Assembly (NCBI RefSeq): GCF_004010195.1
Contig: NC_057718.1
Coordinates: forward strand, 104,928,158 to 104,957,831
Reading direction: 5' to 3'
Source: Chiloscyllium plagiosum
Lineage: Eukaryota
Length of the DNA: 29,674 nucleotides
Under the pieces are notes generated by a model. It ran no database searches, was not told where the DNA came from, and saw only the letters and a program-made list of their open reading frames with translations. Numbering within the stretch: position 1 is the stretch's first letter; each line of letters starts with the position of its first letter. Shown in pieces: positions 12,801 through 22,805 of the stretch. The position numbers and the translations under genes are program-made.

Positions 12801-12940
12801 GATATGATTCGGAGAAGCCGGTGTTCGGAGATATGATTCGGAGGAGCCGGTGTTGATTCGGAGATGCCGGTGTTGATTCGGAGATATGATTCGGAGGAGC
12901 CGGTGTTGATTCGGAGATATGATTCGGAGATGCCGATGTT
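9897..12940. repeat. Tandem array with a 53-bp unit (13+20+20: gattcggagatat gattcggagaagccggtgtt gattcggaggagccggtgtt); 53 regular copies at 9984-12792 with irregular subunits at both edges
   Basis: Periodicity is directly visible, and 12793-9984 = 2809 = 53 x 53. I saw no variants in the core. Confidence 0.98.
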
Positions 12941-13095
12941 GGACTGGGGTGGACAAAGTTAAAAATCCCACAACACCAGGTTACAGTCCAACAGATTTAT
13001 TTGGAAGCACTAGCTTTCAGAGCGCTGCTCCTTCATCACAACCACCTGCTTCCAAAGAAACATGTTGGACTATAACCTGGTGTTGTGGGATTTTT
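12918..13095 (-). mobile_element. Penelope-type terminal repeat (family B) with inverted partial copy
   Basis: Inverted arms at 12961-13009 and 13047-13095. The minus strand between them reads gTGATGA-A-GGAGC-AGC-GCTCT-GAAA-GC-TA, a degenerate hammerhead-like motif. Homologous to 409-476. Confidence 0.75.
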
Positions 13096-13099
13096 CCCT

Positions 13100-13385
13100 G
13101 TGTACTCGCTGACCTTGCCCTGTTTCAGTTATTTCACTGTCAGCAGCAGCTGTACCTTTAGCTGCCAGCCTGCTGAGCTCTTGAGGACTTTCTCTAAACC
13201 TGTATCTCCTCCTTTCCACCTTTAAAAGACTCCTTAAACTCAACCTCCTAGGCTGAGCTTTGGGTCACCTGTCCTGATATCACCTCTTGTGGTTCAGGGC
13301 CCTCCGATGGTCCTCGAGGTGGTTTACTATGAATACAAGTCACTGGGGTTAAGGGTGTGATGTAAATGCAGATTGTTGTTGTTGT
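13100..13385 (+). mobile_element. L2-like LINE 3' end, right part
   Basis: FKRLLKLNL-like remnant, gctttgggtcacctgtcc, and a taaatgcaga(ttg)n tail. Confidence 0.6.
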
Positions 13386-13933
13386 CAGTCATACAGAAGT
13401 CTCCACACCTTCTCATCTTACAGGATTCACAGGGAGTGTCTGCCACTTTATTCTGAACATTCAATTACAAACCCCACGGATCCTACACAATTACACAAAT
13501 ATTCACTTTTGGAAAGTTTGCATTTAACACTAGAGGGGTAAGTGGGGGATTATCGAGGACCAGATTGGTATGGGGCCTACTACATTGCTCCATGAGGAGG
13601 GTACCGGGGCTGGGGGAGGGTAGGCTTGCAGAATGGTTTGGATCCATATCTCCTGGTTTTTGTCATAGCTTCTAGCTCCAACCCTGAATGATGTTCTCCC
13701 GTGGAACAATGTTTAAGACATTTGTTGGATGGGTGTTTCTTGTGACTGGTATCAGATCGCTCCAGGCTTTCTGGGAGGTGGGAATAACGTGCCAAGGTCA
13801 CAGTGTGACCTGGTGTCCTACACTCAGCCCCAATGAGCTGTGAAGCCCTGTCCTAGAGTGATCATTGGTCAGCATGCTCCTACCCAGAGGATTGGAGACG
13901 GGGCACACTCCTCACCAAGTGAGTGTTGTACTG

Positions 13934-15766
13934 CAGCTGGGACAGAGTGGGGTCTGTGCTGGTCCTCAGCTGGGACAGAGTGGGGTCTGTGCTGGTCCTC
14001 AGCTGGGACAGACCGGGGTCTATGCTGGTCCTTAGATGGGACAGAGCTGGGTCTGTGCTGGTCCTCAGCTGGGACAGAGTGGGGTCTGTGCTGGTGCTGC
14101 CAGCTGGGACAGAGCGGGGTCTGTGCTGGTCCTCAGCTGGGACAGAGCAGGGTCTATGCTGGTCCTCAGCTGGGACAGAGCGGGGTCTGTGCTGGTGCTG
14201 CCAGCTGGGACAGAGTGGGGTCTGTGCTGGTCCTCAACTGGGACAGAGTGGGGTCTGTGCTGGTCCTTAGCTGGGACAGAGCGGGGTCTGTGCTGGTCCT
14301 CAACTGGGTCAGAGTGGGGTCTGTGCTGGTCCTTAGCTGGGACAGAGCGGGGTCTGTGCTGGTCCTCAGCTGGGACAGAGCAGGGTCTATGCTGGTCCTC
14401 AACAGACCGGGGTCTATGCTGGTCCTCAGATGGGACAGAGCTGGGTCTGTGCTGGTCCTCAGCTGGGACAGAGCGGGGTCTGTGCTGGTGCTGCCAGCTG
14501 GGACAGAGTGGGGTCTGTGCTGGTCCTCAACTGGGACAGAGTGGGGTCTGTGCTGGTCCTTAGCTGGGACAGAGCTGGGTCTGTGCTGGTCCTCAACTGG
14601 GACAGAGTGGGGTCTGTGCTGGTCCTTAGCTGGGACAGAGCGGGGTCTGTGCTGGTCCTCAGCTGGGACAGAGCAGGGTCTGTGCTGGTCCTCAGCTGGG
14701 ACAGAGCAGGGTCTATGCTGGTCCTCAACTGGGACAGAGCGGGGTCTGTGCTGGTCCTCAGATGGGACAGACCGGGGTCTATGCTGGTCCTCAGCTGGGA
14801 CAGAATGGGGTCTGTGCTGGTGCTGCCAGCTGGGACAGAGTGGGGTCTGTGCTGGTCCTCAACTGGGACAGAGTGGGGTCTGTGCTGGTCCTCAACTGGG
14901 ACAGAGTGGGGTCTGTGCTGGTCCTTAGCTGGGACAGAGCGGGGTCTGTGCTGGTCCTCAACTGGGACAGAGTGGGTTCTGTGCTGGTCCTCAGCTGGGA
15001 CAGAGCAGGGTCTATGCTGGTCCTCAACTGGGACAGAGCGGGGTCTGTGCTGGTCCTCAGCTGGGACAGAGCGGGGTCTGTGCTGGTGCTGCCATCTGGG
15101 ACAGAGTGGGGTCTGTGCTGGTCCTCAGCTGGGACAGAGTGGGGTCTGTGCTGGTCCTCAGCTGGGACAGACCGGGGTCTATGCTGGTCCTCAGCTGGGA
15201 CAGAGCGGGGTCTGTGCTGGTGCTGTCAGCTGGGACAGAGTGGGGTCTGTGCTGGTCCTCAACTGGGACAGAGTGTGGTCTGTGCTGGTCCTTAGCTGGG
15301 ACAGAACGGGGTCTGTGCTGGTCCTCAACTGGGACAGAGTGGGGTCTGTGCTGGTCCTTAGCTGGGACAGAGCGGGGTCTGTGCTGGTCCTCAGCTGGGA
15401 CAGAGCAGGGTCTTTGCTGGTCCTCAACTGGGACAGAGCGGGGTCTGTGCTGGTCCTCAGCTGGGACAGACCGGGGTCTATGCTGGTCCTTAGCTGGGAC
15501 AGAGCGGGGTCTGTGCTGGTGCTGCCAGCTGGGACAGAGTGGGGTCTGTGCTGGTCCTCAGCTGGGACAGAGTGGGGTCTGTGCTGGTCCTCAACTGGGA
15601 CAGAGTGGGGTCTGTGCTGGTCCTTAGCTGGGACAGAGCGGGATCTGTGCTGGTCCTCAGCTGGGACAGAGCGGGGTCTGTGCTGGTCCTCAGCTGGGAC
15701 AGAGCGGGGTCTGTGCTGGTGCTGCCAGCTGGGACAGAGCGGGGTCTGTGCTGGTGCTGCCAGCTG
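13934..15766. repeat. 33-bp minisatellite, about 55 copies (cagctgggacagag[c/t]ggggtctgtgctggtcct) with recurring 35-bp variants
   Basis: Directly visible; variants include caact, tagct, accgg, ctatg and ggtgctgc. Confidence 0.97.
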
Positions 15767-16764
15767 CTGGCTCTGGGTGAACAAGACCATGTGCTGGTGT
15801 TGATAACCTCGCTGTACATTCCTGGAGATGTTTCTTATAGATAATAACAAGTTCTTGATGATTCAAAAACAGTTCAATCAGCCAGGCCCATCAGACAGTG
15901 TCTGAATTGCATTATTCATTCCAGAAATAAACTGTTTGAGAAAACTGTATCAGGAAGCAAACAGGAAGCAATTTCTTGGCTGACTGGTTCACCTGTCACC
16001 ATAGTAACCACAATCCTATTTCCCGAGTGATGGAAAACAAAGACATTGCATTGATCCAAGAGTCCACCACAACATGAAAAGAAGTGGAGAGTCAAATTGG
16101 TGCAAACCTGAGTTCCCAGTTATGGTCGAGGTACCAGCCATTCCCACTGGATAAGTAGCAAATCCCTGATAAACTGAACATCCAGACTCCCAATTCTGGA
16201 ATAACCAAAGTTGCAAGTCACCGCTCCAACCAAGCAGCGTGGATTTAGACCATGCTCCAGTATAATCAGAGGGAAACTGTTACCCACAAACTGTCAGTGA
16301 GTATAAGACCATCAGGTACAGAATAGCTAAAGCTGTGGGAAAGGTGACAGCAATGTTAATCAGAGACAATGTGAAGGGAGTGCAGCAAGTGATCAGTCAG
16401 CTCAGCTCCAGGACATCTCTGCAGGAGTTCCTCAGGGTAGTGTCCTCGGTCCAACCATCTTCAGCTGCTTCATCAACGACCTTCCCTCCATCAGTTGGGG
16501 GTGTTTGCTGATGATTGCTCAGTGTTCAGCACCATTCTCAATTCCTCAGACATTGAAGCAATCTATGTTCAAATGCACCAAAATTTGACAATATTCAAGT
16601 TTGGCCTGAAAAATGATAAATAACATTCATGCCACACAAATGCCAGGCAATGACCACCTCGAATGAGAGACAATCTAACGACCGCCCCTTGATGTTGAAT
16701 GGTGTTACCATCACTGAATCACCCACTATCAACATCCTCGGGGTGGCATTGACCATAGCCCTAT

Positions 16765-17480
16765 TTGTATCGCTTGCCTTTATTGGTCAATGCATTGAGT
16801 ACAGGAGTTGAGAGGTCATGCTGCAGCTGTACAGGATATTGGTGAGGCCACTTTTGAAAAACTGCATTCAATTCTGGTCTCCCTGCTACAGAAAAGGTGT
16901 TGCTAAACTTGAAAAGGTGCAGAAAAGGTTTACGAGGATGTTGTTGGGGCTGAAGGGTTTGAGCTATAGGGAGAGGCTGAATAGACTGCAGCATCGAAGG
17001 CTGCCTGACCTGCTGTGCTTTTCCAGCACCACACTCTCGACTCTTGAGTTTCACTGACATCTGCCTCCCTTTGCAGGCAATACAGGTTCTTGTATTGTTT
17101 GGGGTCTTGTTGAGTGACCTTTTAGAGGTTTATAAAATCATAAGGGGAATGGATGGGGTGAATAGCCAAGATCCTTTCCCCGGGATGGGGGAATCCAAAA
17201 CTGGAGGGTATAGGTTTAGGGCGAGAGGGAAAAGATTTAAAAGGGACCTAATGGGCAACCTTTTCACACAGAGGGTGGTGCATGTATGGAATGAGCTGCC
17301 TGAAGAAGTGGTGGAGGCTGGTACAATTACAGCATTTAAAAGTTACATGAATAGGAAGAGTTTAGAGGGATTTGGGCTAAATTCTGGAAAATAGAATTAG
17401 ATTAATTTAGGATATGTGGTCAGCATGGATGAGTTGGACTGAAGGGTCTCTTTCCATGCTGTACATGTCTATGACTCTAT
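16765..17480 (+). mobile_element. 5'-truncated CR1 nested in the older LINE
   Basis: LYRILVRPLLKNCIQFWSPCYRK..FTQRVVHVWNELPEEVVEAG; tail ctatgactctat. Confidence 0.9.
17000..17115 (+). repeat. Local dispersed duplication of 18559-18668
   Basis: Near-identical sequence (2 substitutions and one 6-nt indel), including non-PLE flank. Confidence 0.9.
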
Positions 17481-18488
17481 AAACTGAACTGGACTAACCA
17501 GATACATGTTGTGGTTACAAGTGCAGGTCCATGAGTTCTGCAGTAAATAACTCAACTCCTGTCTTCCCAAAGCTTGTCCACTATCTACAAGGAACAATTC
17601 AGGAACAATACTCCCCACTAGCCCTGGGGGCAGCTCCAACAACACTCAAGAAGCTCAACACCATCCAGGACAAAGCAGCCTGTTTGATTCATAAATATCC
17701 CCTCCCTCCACCACTGACACTCAGTCGCAGCAGTGTGTGCCATCTACAAGATGCACTGCAGAAATTCACTGTCACTGGGTCAAAATCCTGGAATTCCCTC
17801 CCTAAGGACATTGAAGGTCTACCTACAGCACACGACTGCAGCAGTTCAAGAAGGCAGTTCACCCCCACCTTCTCAAAGGGCAACCAGAGACAGGGAGTAA
17901 GTGATGACTAGCCAGTGATGCCCAAATCCCCCGAATGAAAGTTTAAACCCCATAGTCCATTCTCCTGCCCCTCAATTTCTGGCCCTCCTCTATGAATATC
18001 TTTGGATGTTTACAATGCTGCAGTGGTGCCAAGACTTTAATAACCAGAAAATCCTAAATTTCCAATAATTAACAAAGTCTCACTCAAATTCTGGCAGAAC
18101 AAACAAGCAATCTATTGATCAAGAAATCACCATAAATCACTCTCTTGTCTCATGTAAACCCTGAGCCCAAAGAGGGGCAAGTAATTTAACTAAAATATCT
18201 GTTCACTGCTTATGGGCTGCTGCAGTAGAAGGTTAGATGGAGAGAGATGTGACTGTAAGACCATGTTTGAATATTCTCAGGAAATGTCTCCCAGTCAACA
18301 GCGAAAAAAAATTATTTCAGCCTGCATCATCATGTTTCAACAATTGTGGCTTTAGCAGAAGTGCTCTTGTTGGGTAATACTGTCGTGTGTCATAATTGCC
18401 AGTTATATTGCAGCCTATATTGCAGGTTGTTCCTGTGATGGGGTCCGGTCAGTCCATTGTAATGAAGTCTGAGCTTCACTGACGGGGG

Positions 18489-18603
18489 ACAGTGAGGACT
18501 GTAAATGCTAGAGATGAAGGGCTTATGCCTGAAACATCAACTCTCCTGCTCCTTGGATGCTGCCTGACCTGCTGTGCTTTTCCAGCACCACACTCTCGAC
18601 TCT
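18489..18603 (+). mobile_element. Family A PLE mini-element with short inverted 5' piece
   Basis: gatgaagggcttatgcctgaaac...cttttccagcaccacactctcgactc; direct repeats at 18470-18483 and 18604-18617 match at 13/14. Confidence 0.8.
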
Positions 18604-19059
18604 TGAGTTTCACTGACATCTGCCTCCTTTTGCAGGCAACACAGGTTCTGTTTGGGGTCTTGTTGAGTACAAAGAACTGTTATAGTGGATCTATTTACAT
18701 ATTGACCATGCTGGAGGGGACAAATTCAAGCCTAGTGAAATACGTTTTGTATGACAGAGCTGCTATTAATGGTGAATGTTTTGTTTGAGATACAACTCTC
18801 ATCAGGTCCTGAGAGGACAGTATTGTGTGCTGAACTGGAATGGTGTTGTGTTTGACCCTGGCTGTAACAGGCAGCATTCTGCGGCAGGTTTTGGTGAAAA
18901 GTGAAAACCTGAGAAATATCTAAAAGGCGCTCACTGTGAGGGTGTACGCAGGGACCCTAACCCTGCATACTGCAACAAGCCAATGTTTAAAAGGCAGATC
19001 ACAATTGTTTTTAAAATACCAAAACCATGCTGTCACTTCTTACACTTGATGAAAGAAAA

Positions 19060-19240
19060 TAAAGTCACCGTAGTCCCACTCTTTCATTAGAGAGAGAGAG
19101 AGACAACGGGGGGGCTAAACCTGAGGGTCACCCCATCCCAAATGAGGTTGAGGCAGAGTCCTTCTTGGTTACATCAGCCAGTGCAGGAATTGAACCCACA
19201 CTGCATCATAAACTAGCTCACCAGGCAACTGAGCTAACCC
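19060..19240 (-). mobile_element. tRNA-derived SINE remnant
   Basis: Minus strand has ggttagctcagttgcctgg (A box) and gggttcaattcc (B box). Confidence 0.65.
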
Positions 19241-19245
19241 TGACT

Positions 19246-19506
19246 TTAAACCAAGCCCCAGTCTGTTCTGTCAGGATGTTATGGAAAATCCCATGGCTTT
19301 GTCTCAAAGAAGAGTGTAGAGAGTGTCATGGTCAATAATTGTCTCTCATTAAACATCACAAGAACACATCTGGCCATTATCACATTGCTGTTTGTGGGAG
19401 CTTGCTGTGCATAACTGACTGGCTGCATTAGAACAGCAACCGTCCTTTAAAATGTATTTCCTTCGGCCACCAGGAGGTCATGAAAAGTGCTACTGAAATG
19501 CAAGCA
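19246..19506 (+). mobile_element. DeuSINE (SacSINE1/AmnSINE1-like) core and tail remnant
   Basis: catctggccattatcacattgctgtttgtgggagcttgctgtgca and gaggtcatgaaaagtgctactgaaatgcaag, as I recall the family consensus. Confidence 0.7.
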
Positions 19507-19544
19507 TCAATTTCTTGGGAAACACTGAACATAACGTTTGAAAT

Positions 19545-19645
19545 GGGCACAGCAAGATCCTGCAAACAGGAAACCTGATCATTTGTTCTTATTGACATTG
19601 GTCAAGGACAAATTTTAACCATGACACCAGGAGATCTCCCTTACT
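19545..19645 (-). mobile_element. Second DeuSINE remnant, inverted
   Basis: gcacagcaagatcctgcaaacag is the reverse-complement counterpart of 19388-19411. Confidence 0.55.
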
Positions 19646-19847
19646 GTGCAGGGTTATGGACAAAGGTCAGACAGTGAGATTAGCGGAGGTGCTGTTACAG
19701 AGTACTGGATGGAAATTGAGGGGCTCACTGGCCGCCTCAGTGCTGTCACCATTGTATATCTATAGCACTGTGCTCTGTTAGAGCAGGAGGGGCTGATCCA
19801 AAGGACGGAGCCAGTCAGTAGGATGTGACCAGTATGAGGAACTGTGA

Positions 19848-19960
19848 AGGCTCGCATGGTGCTGTGGTAGTGTCCCCACCTCTGAACCAGGAGGCCAGGG
19901 CTCACGTTATACTTGTTCTAGAGGTGTGTGAGATAGCATGTCTGAATAGATTGATTCAAA
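19848..19960 (+). mobile_element. Short tRNA-headed element remnant
   Basis: A-box-like tggtgctgtggtagtg; degenerate B box. Confidence 0.45.
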
Positions 19961-20219
19961 CCAGCTACTAGGACTGAGCTGGAGTGCTAAGTGATCACCT
20001 ATTTGTTAATGACTGAGACATCAGGAGAGATAGCCACTTATCGAAATTAGCCGACGACACAGAGATAGACAGGATTGGATACACTGTCAGTGGAATCATA
20101 AATTACAATGAAGTATTGATCAATTAAAGAGTTACACAAAAAAAGTGGCAAATTAATTTTAGTGTGGACAAATGTGAGGGCATCCACTGTGGACGTTAAA
20201 ATCAGAACATTTTCTAATG

Positions 20220-20477
20220 GAGTGTTTCCCAATCTTTTCCTCAATGTGACGCTAATTCCGAGGCTGGAAGATTAGTGTGACTGCACTGAAAATTGAGAGA
20301 GGGGAAGTGACATGGGGTTGGGCGTGGGATGATTTTTCAGAAATGTGGGGAGAGGACAGAGACCTGTGACAGTGATTGGGAGGATGCCATTGCTGAGCTC
20401 ATAACCCCCAAAATTGCAGCTTGCGCACAACCCCCCCAGTCCCCTTGGGGTGCTGATGCCCAGTTTGGGAAACCCTG
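20220..20477. mobile_element. hAT (Charlie/MER5-like) non-autonomous DNA transposon remnant
   Basis: Terminal inverted repeats gagtgtttcccaatct and agtttgggaaaccctg; 8-bp flanks ttctaatg and ttctaaat; it interrupts the CR1 FLNGE motif. Confidence 0.6.
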
Positions 20478-20904
20478 TTCTAAATGGTGAAAAGGAGGAT
20501 GTGCCCAGTGGTGCTATAGCAGGAGCTGTGAGGGCTCTGATGGTCCAGTGGGAACAAGAATGCCACTGGACCAGTGGAGGTCCAGAGAGATTCGGTGGGG
20601 GTGGGGGTGGGGGTGGGGTCAGGGTCAGGTTACTCCAGCAGGAAGAACAAGAGGAAGTGATCAAAAGACAAATGAAATGCTGGTCTCCATATCTGGAGAG
20701 GGAGTGACACGGACAAGGGGGTACAAATTGGTTCTCAGCTTCCCAAAGCCCTGGGTACATCACACCTGGAGTTACTGAGAGGAGTTCTGGATGTCATTCC
20801 TGAGGAAGGAGATCTTGGCCTTGGATGATACCTGTACTCCCAACGAGGACATTACACTGGCATTGCATTCCCTGGAGTGTAGCAGGTTCGGAGGTGATTT
20901 TCTT

Positions 20905-21190
20905 TCTTTATTCCATTCACGGATGGATGAGGGTAGCGTTGGCTGGGCAGCATTTATTGCCCATCACTAATTGCCCAGAGGGCAGCTAAGAGTCAACCAC
21001 ATTGCTGTGGGTCTGGAGTCACATGTAGGTCAGATCAGGTAAGGATGGCAGTTTCCTTCCCTAAAGGACATTAGTGACCCAGATGGGGTTTTCTTCATAA
21101 TGGTCATCATTGGAGTTTTTTTAAAAATTGGATTCAAGTTCCACGATCAGCCATGGTGGGTTTCGAACCCGGGTCCCCAGAACATCACCA
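20905..21190 (-). mobile_element. tRNA-derived SINE, same family as 8969-9520
   Basis: Reverse-complement match to 9210-9515; B box gggttcgaaaccc. Confidence 0.8.
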
Positions 21191-21802
21191 CTAGGTCATC
21201 ATCTTCCCACGGTGGTTTTATCAAGATATGGAGAGGAACAAAGAGCTAGAGAGAGTGAATCAATTTCAGCTGATCAGTCAGTCTAGGATTAGGGGAGAAA
21301 ACCAGACCTTTCACAAGTGAAATTAGGAAACATTTCCAAACACAAAGACTGATAGAGGTTTGGAACTCTCTCCCATGGCAATTGATGCCAGATTGACGAC
21401 CCACCCCAGAATGACAGTCAGATTCAGATCTAGACCCCAGGATCGTGACTCAGATAGTTCAAATACAGAGTTGTGAAACTGGCTCGCTAATCCAGCCACA
21501 CAGGAGGGCAAGCACCAACAACTTGTTTAATCAACCCATCATGAAGGAAACGTAATAAATGTGAAGTGAAGCAAAAGAAGCTCTGAGTATGGAAGAGGAT
21601 TTAGTTTCAAATATGTCATTGTTTGTTGAATAACAACAGGCAATGAAACAGCATTTAATCTGTATGGTTGTACCAATTGTTCAGGTGCCTAAAGATATCA
21701 GGGTAAAACTGTAACATCTGCCCAGGATTATAATCAGTTTTAGTCACCAAGACTGACTCAAGCTGTGGCGGTGATACAGGGATTTGTTAGAAGGGCAAAT
21801 CA

Positions 21803-22053
21803 TTGAACCCCTACAGTGTGGAAGCAGGCCATTCAGCCCATGAGGTCCACACCAACCTTCCAAAGAGGCTCTACCCTTGTAATCTCACATTTCCTATGGC
21901 CAATCCACCCGAACCTGCACATTTTTGGACTGTGGGAGGAAACCCTCACAGACACGGGGAGAACATGCAAACTCCACACAGTTGCCCAAAGGTGGAATTG
22001 AACCCAGGTCCCTGGAGCTGTGAGGCAGCAGTGCTAACCACTGAGCCACCGTG
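21803..22053 (-). mobile_element. HE1-type V-SINE
   Basis: Minus strand cacggtggctcagtggttagcactgctgcctcacagc..gggttcaattcc, V-domain gtgtggagtttgcatgttctccccgtgtctg, and CR1-like tail. Confidence 0.85.
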
Positions 22054-22069
22054 ATTCATGTTTAAGTGA

Positions 22070-22490
22070 TTTTATTGAGTTCTTTTGTTGAGTTAACACA
22101 AAGCGTTAACGAGGGAAACGAGGCTGATGTGATGTACATCTTCCAAAGAAACGTTTGACAAAATGCCACACAGTGGGCTTATCAGGCAGCAACAAGCTTC
22201 GAGAGGTGGACAGATGCAGGAATAGTGTGGGAGTGGAATTGAGTGAGGGACGGTCCCTGGGAGGTTTATAGGATTCCGCCCCGTCATCCCAGACCCAGGG
22301 GTTGGGGTCAGGACCCTCGTTTTCCTTCAGGGACATGAATGAGCTCCACTTGAATGCTCAGGGCACGATTTCAGCATTGACAGTACAAATCCTGGAAGGA
22401 TTGTGAACTTTGAAGAGGGCAGTGATAGACCTCAGGAGGACAAAGGCAGGCTGTGGGGAATAGATGGACATGAGACAGCTCAAATTTAAA
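22070..22490 (+). mobile_element. Decayed CR1 RT fragment
   Basis: FFVELTQSVNEGNEADV...FQRNV*QN-type remnants of the D-F-x-K-A-F-D-K region; very degenerate. Confidence 0.5.
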
Positions 22491-22604
22491 ATCCCCTTGA
22501 TTCTTTACAAAGCTGCTTTTGGTCACGTAATGAGTCTCACAGTTACCCAAATGATACTCTTTTCCCTTGGGGGGAATTGGAAAGGCAGAATATACAACTT
22601 AGTA

Positions 22605-22805
22605 GCTGAAAATGTGTTGCTGGAAAAGCGCAGCAGGTCAGGCAGCATCCAGGGAACAGGCGAATCGACGTTTCGGGCATAAGCCCTTCTTCAGGAAGCA
22701 GGCCATTCAGGAAGCAGGTTCCTTTGATGCTGCCTGACCTGCTGCGCTTATCCAGCAACACATTTTCAGCTCTGATCTCCAGCATCTGCAGTCCTCACTT
22801 TCTCC
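22605..22805. mobile_element. Young palindromic PLE mini-element (family A) with a perfect 14-bp TSD
   Basis: tatacaacttagta at 22591-22604 and 22806-22819; inverted arms at ~22604-22650 and ~22726-22771. Confidence 0.88.
22667..22694 (-). ncRNA. Minimal type I hammerhead-ribozyme-like core
   Basis: CTGAAGA-A-GGGC-TTAT-GCCC-GAAA-CG-TC: conserved core boxes, 4-bp helix II and palindromic ACGT in place of helix III. Helix I is weak. Confidence 0.6.

Larger units (their letters stand above)
16395..17940 (+). mobile_element. CR1/L2-group LINE remnant (16395-16760 and 17485-17940) split by a younger CR1
   Basis: GVPQGSVLGPTIFSCFINDLPS..VFADDCSVFSTI RT core, then AAPTTLKKLNTIQDKAACLI. Its 3' tail resembles the SINE tail at 9450-9515. 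Confidence 0.8.
20030..21410 (+). mobile_element. Highly decayed CR1 with nested insertions
   Basis: Remnants KCEGIHCG, FLNGE, HLELLRGVLDVIPE-like sequence and aaacatttccaaacacaaagactgatagaggtttggaactctctccc. Confidence 0.55.

Noticed and set aside
9897..12940. Telomeric repeat or true chromosome end
   Set aside because: No TTAGGG, and the array is internal with L2-like sequence on both sides.
9840..12971. 1043-aa minus-strand ORF
   Set aside because: A by-product of the 53-bp unit having no minus-strand stop in any frame (53-aa period = 3 units). It starts at GTG inside the PLE repeat, has no domain, and shows no synonymous variation.
13400..13930. Possible exon flanking the 33-bp array (ORF 13580-13801)
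   Set aside because: No recognisable protein similarity, and frames across the array edges hit stops.
9897..15766. CRISPR-like or repeat-spacer array
   Set aside because: Units are head-to-tail with no unique spacers, there are no cas genes, and the context is vertebrate.
13840..15850. Many overlapping ORFs of 78-457 aa
   Set aside because: Translations of the 33-bp minisatellite; the 35-bp variants shift frame repeatedly.
20272..20778. Gly/Pro-rich ORFs
   Set aside because: Caused by the (GGGGGT)n run inside decayed CR1 and hAT sequence.
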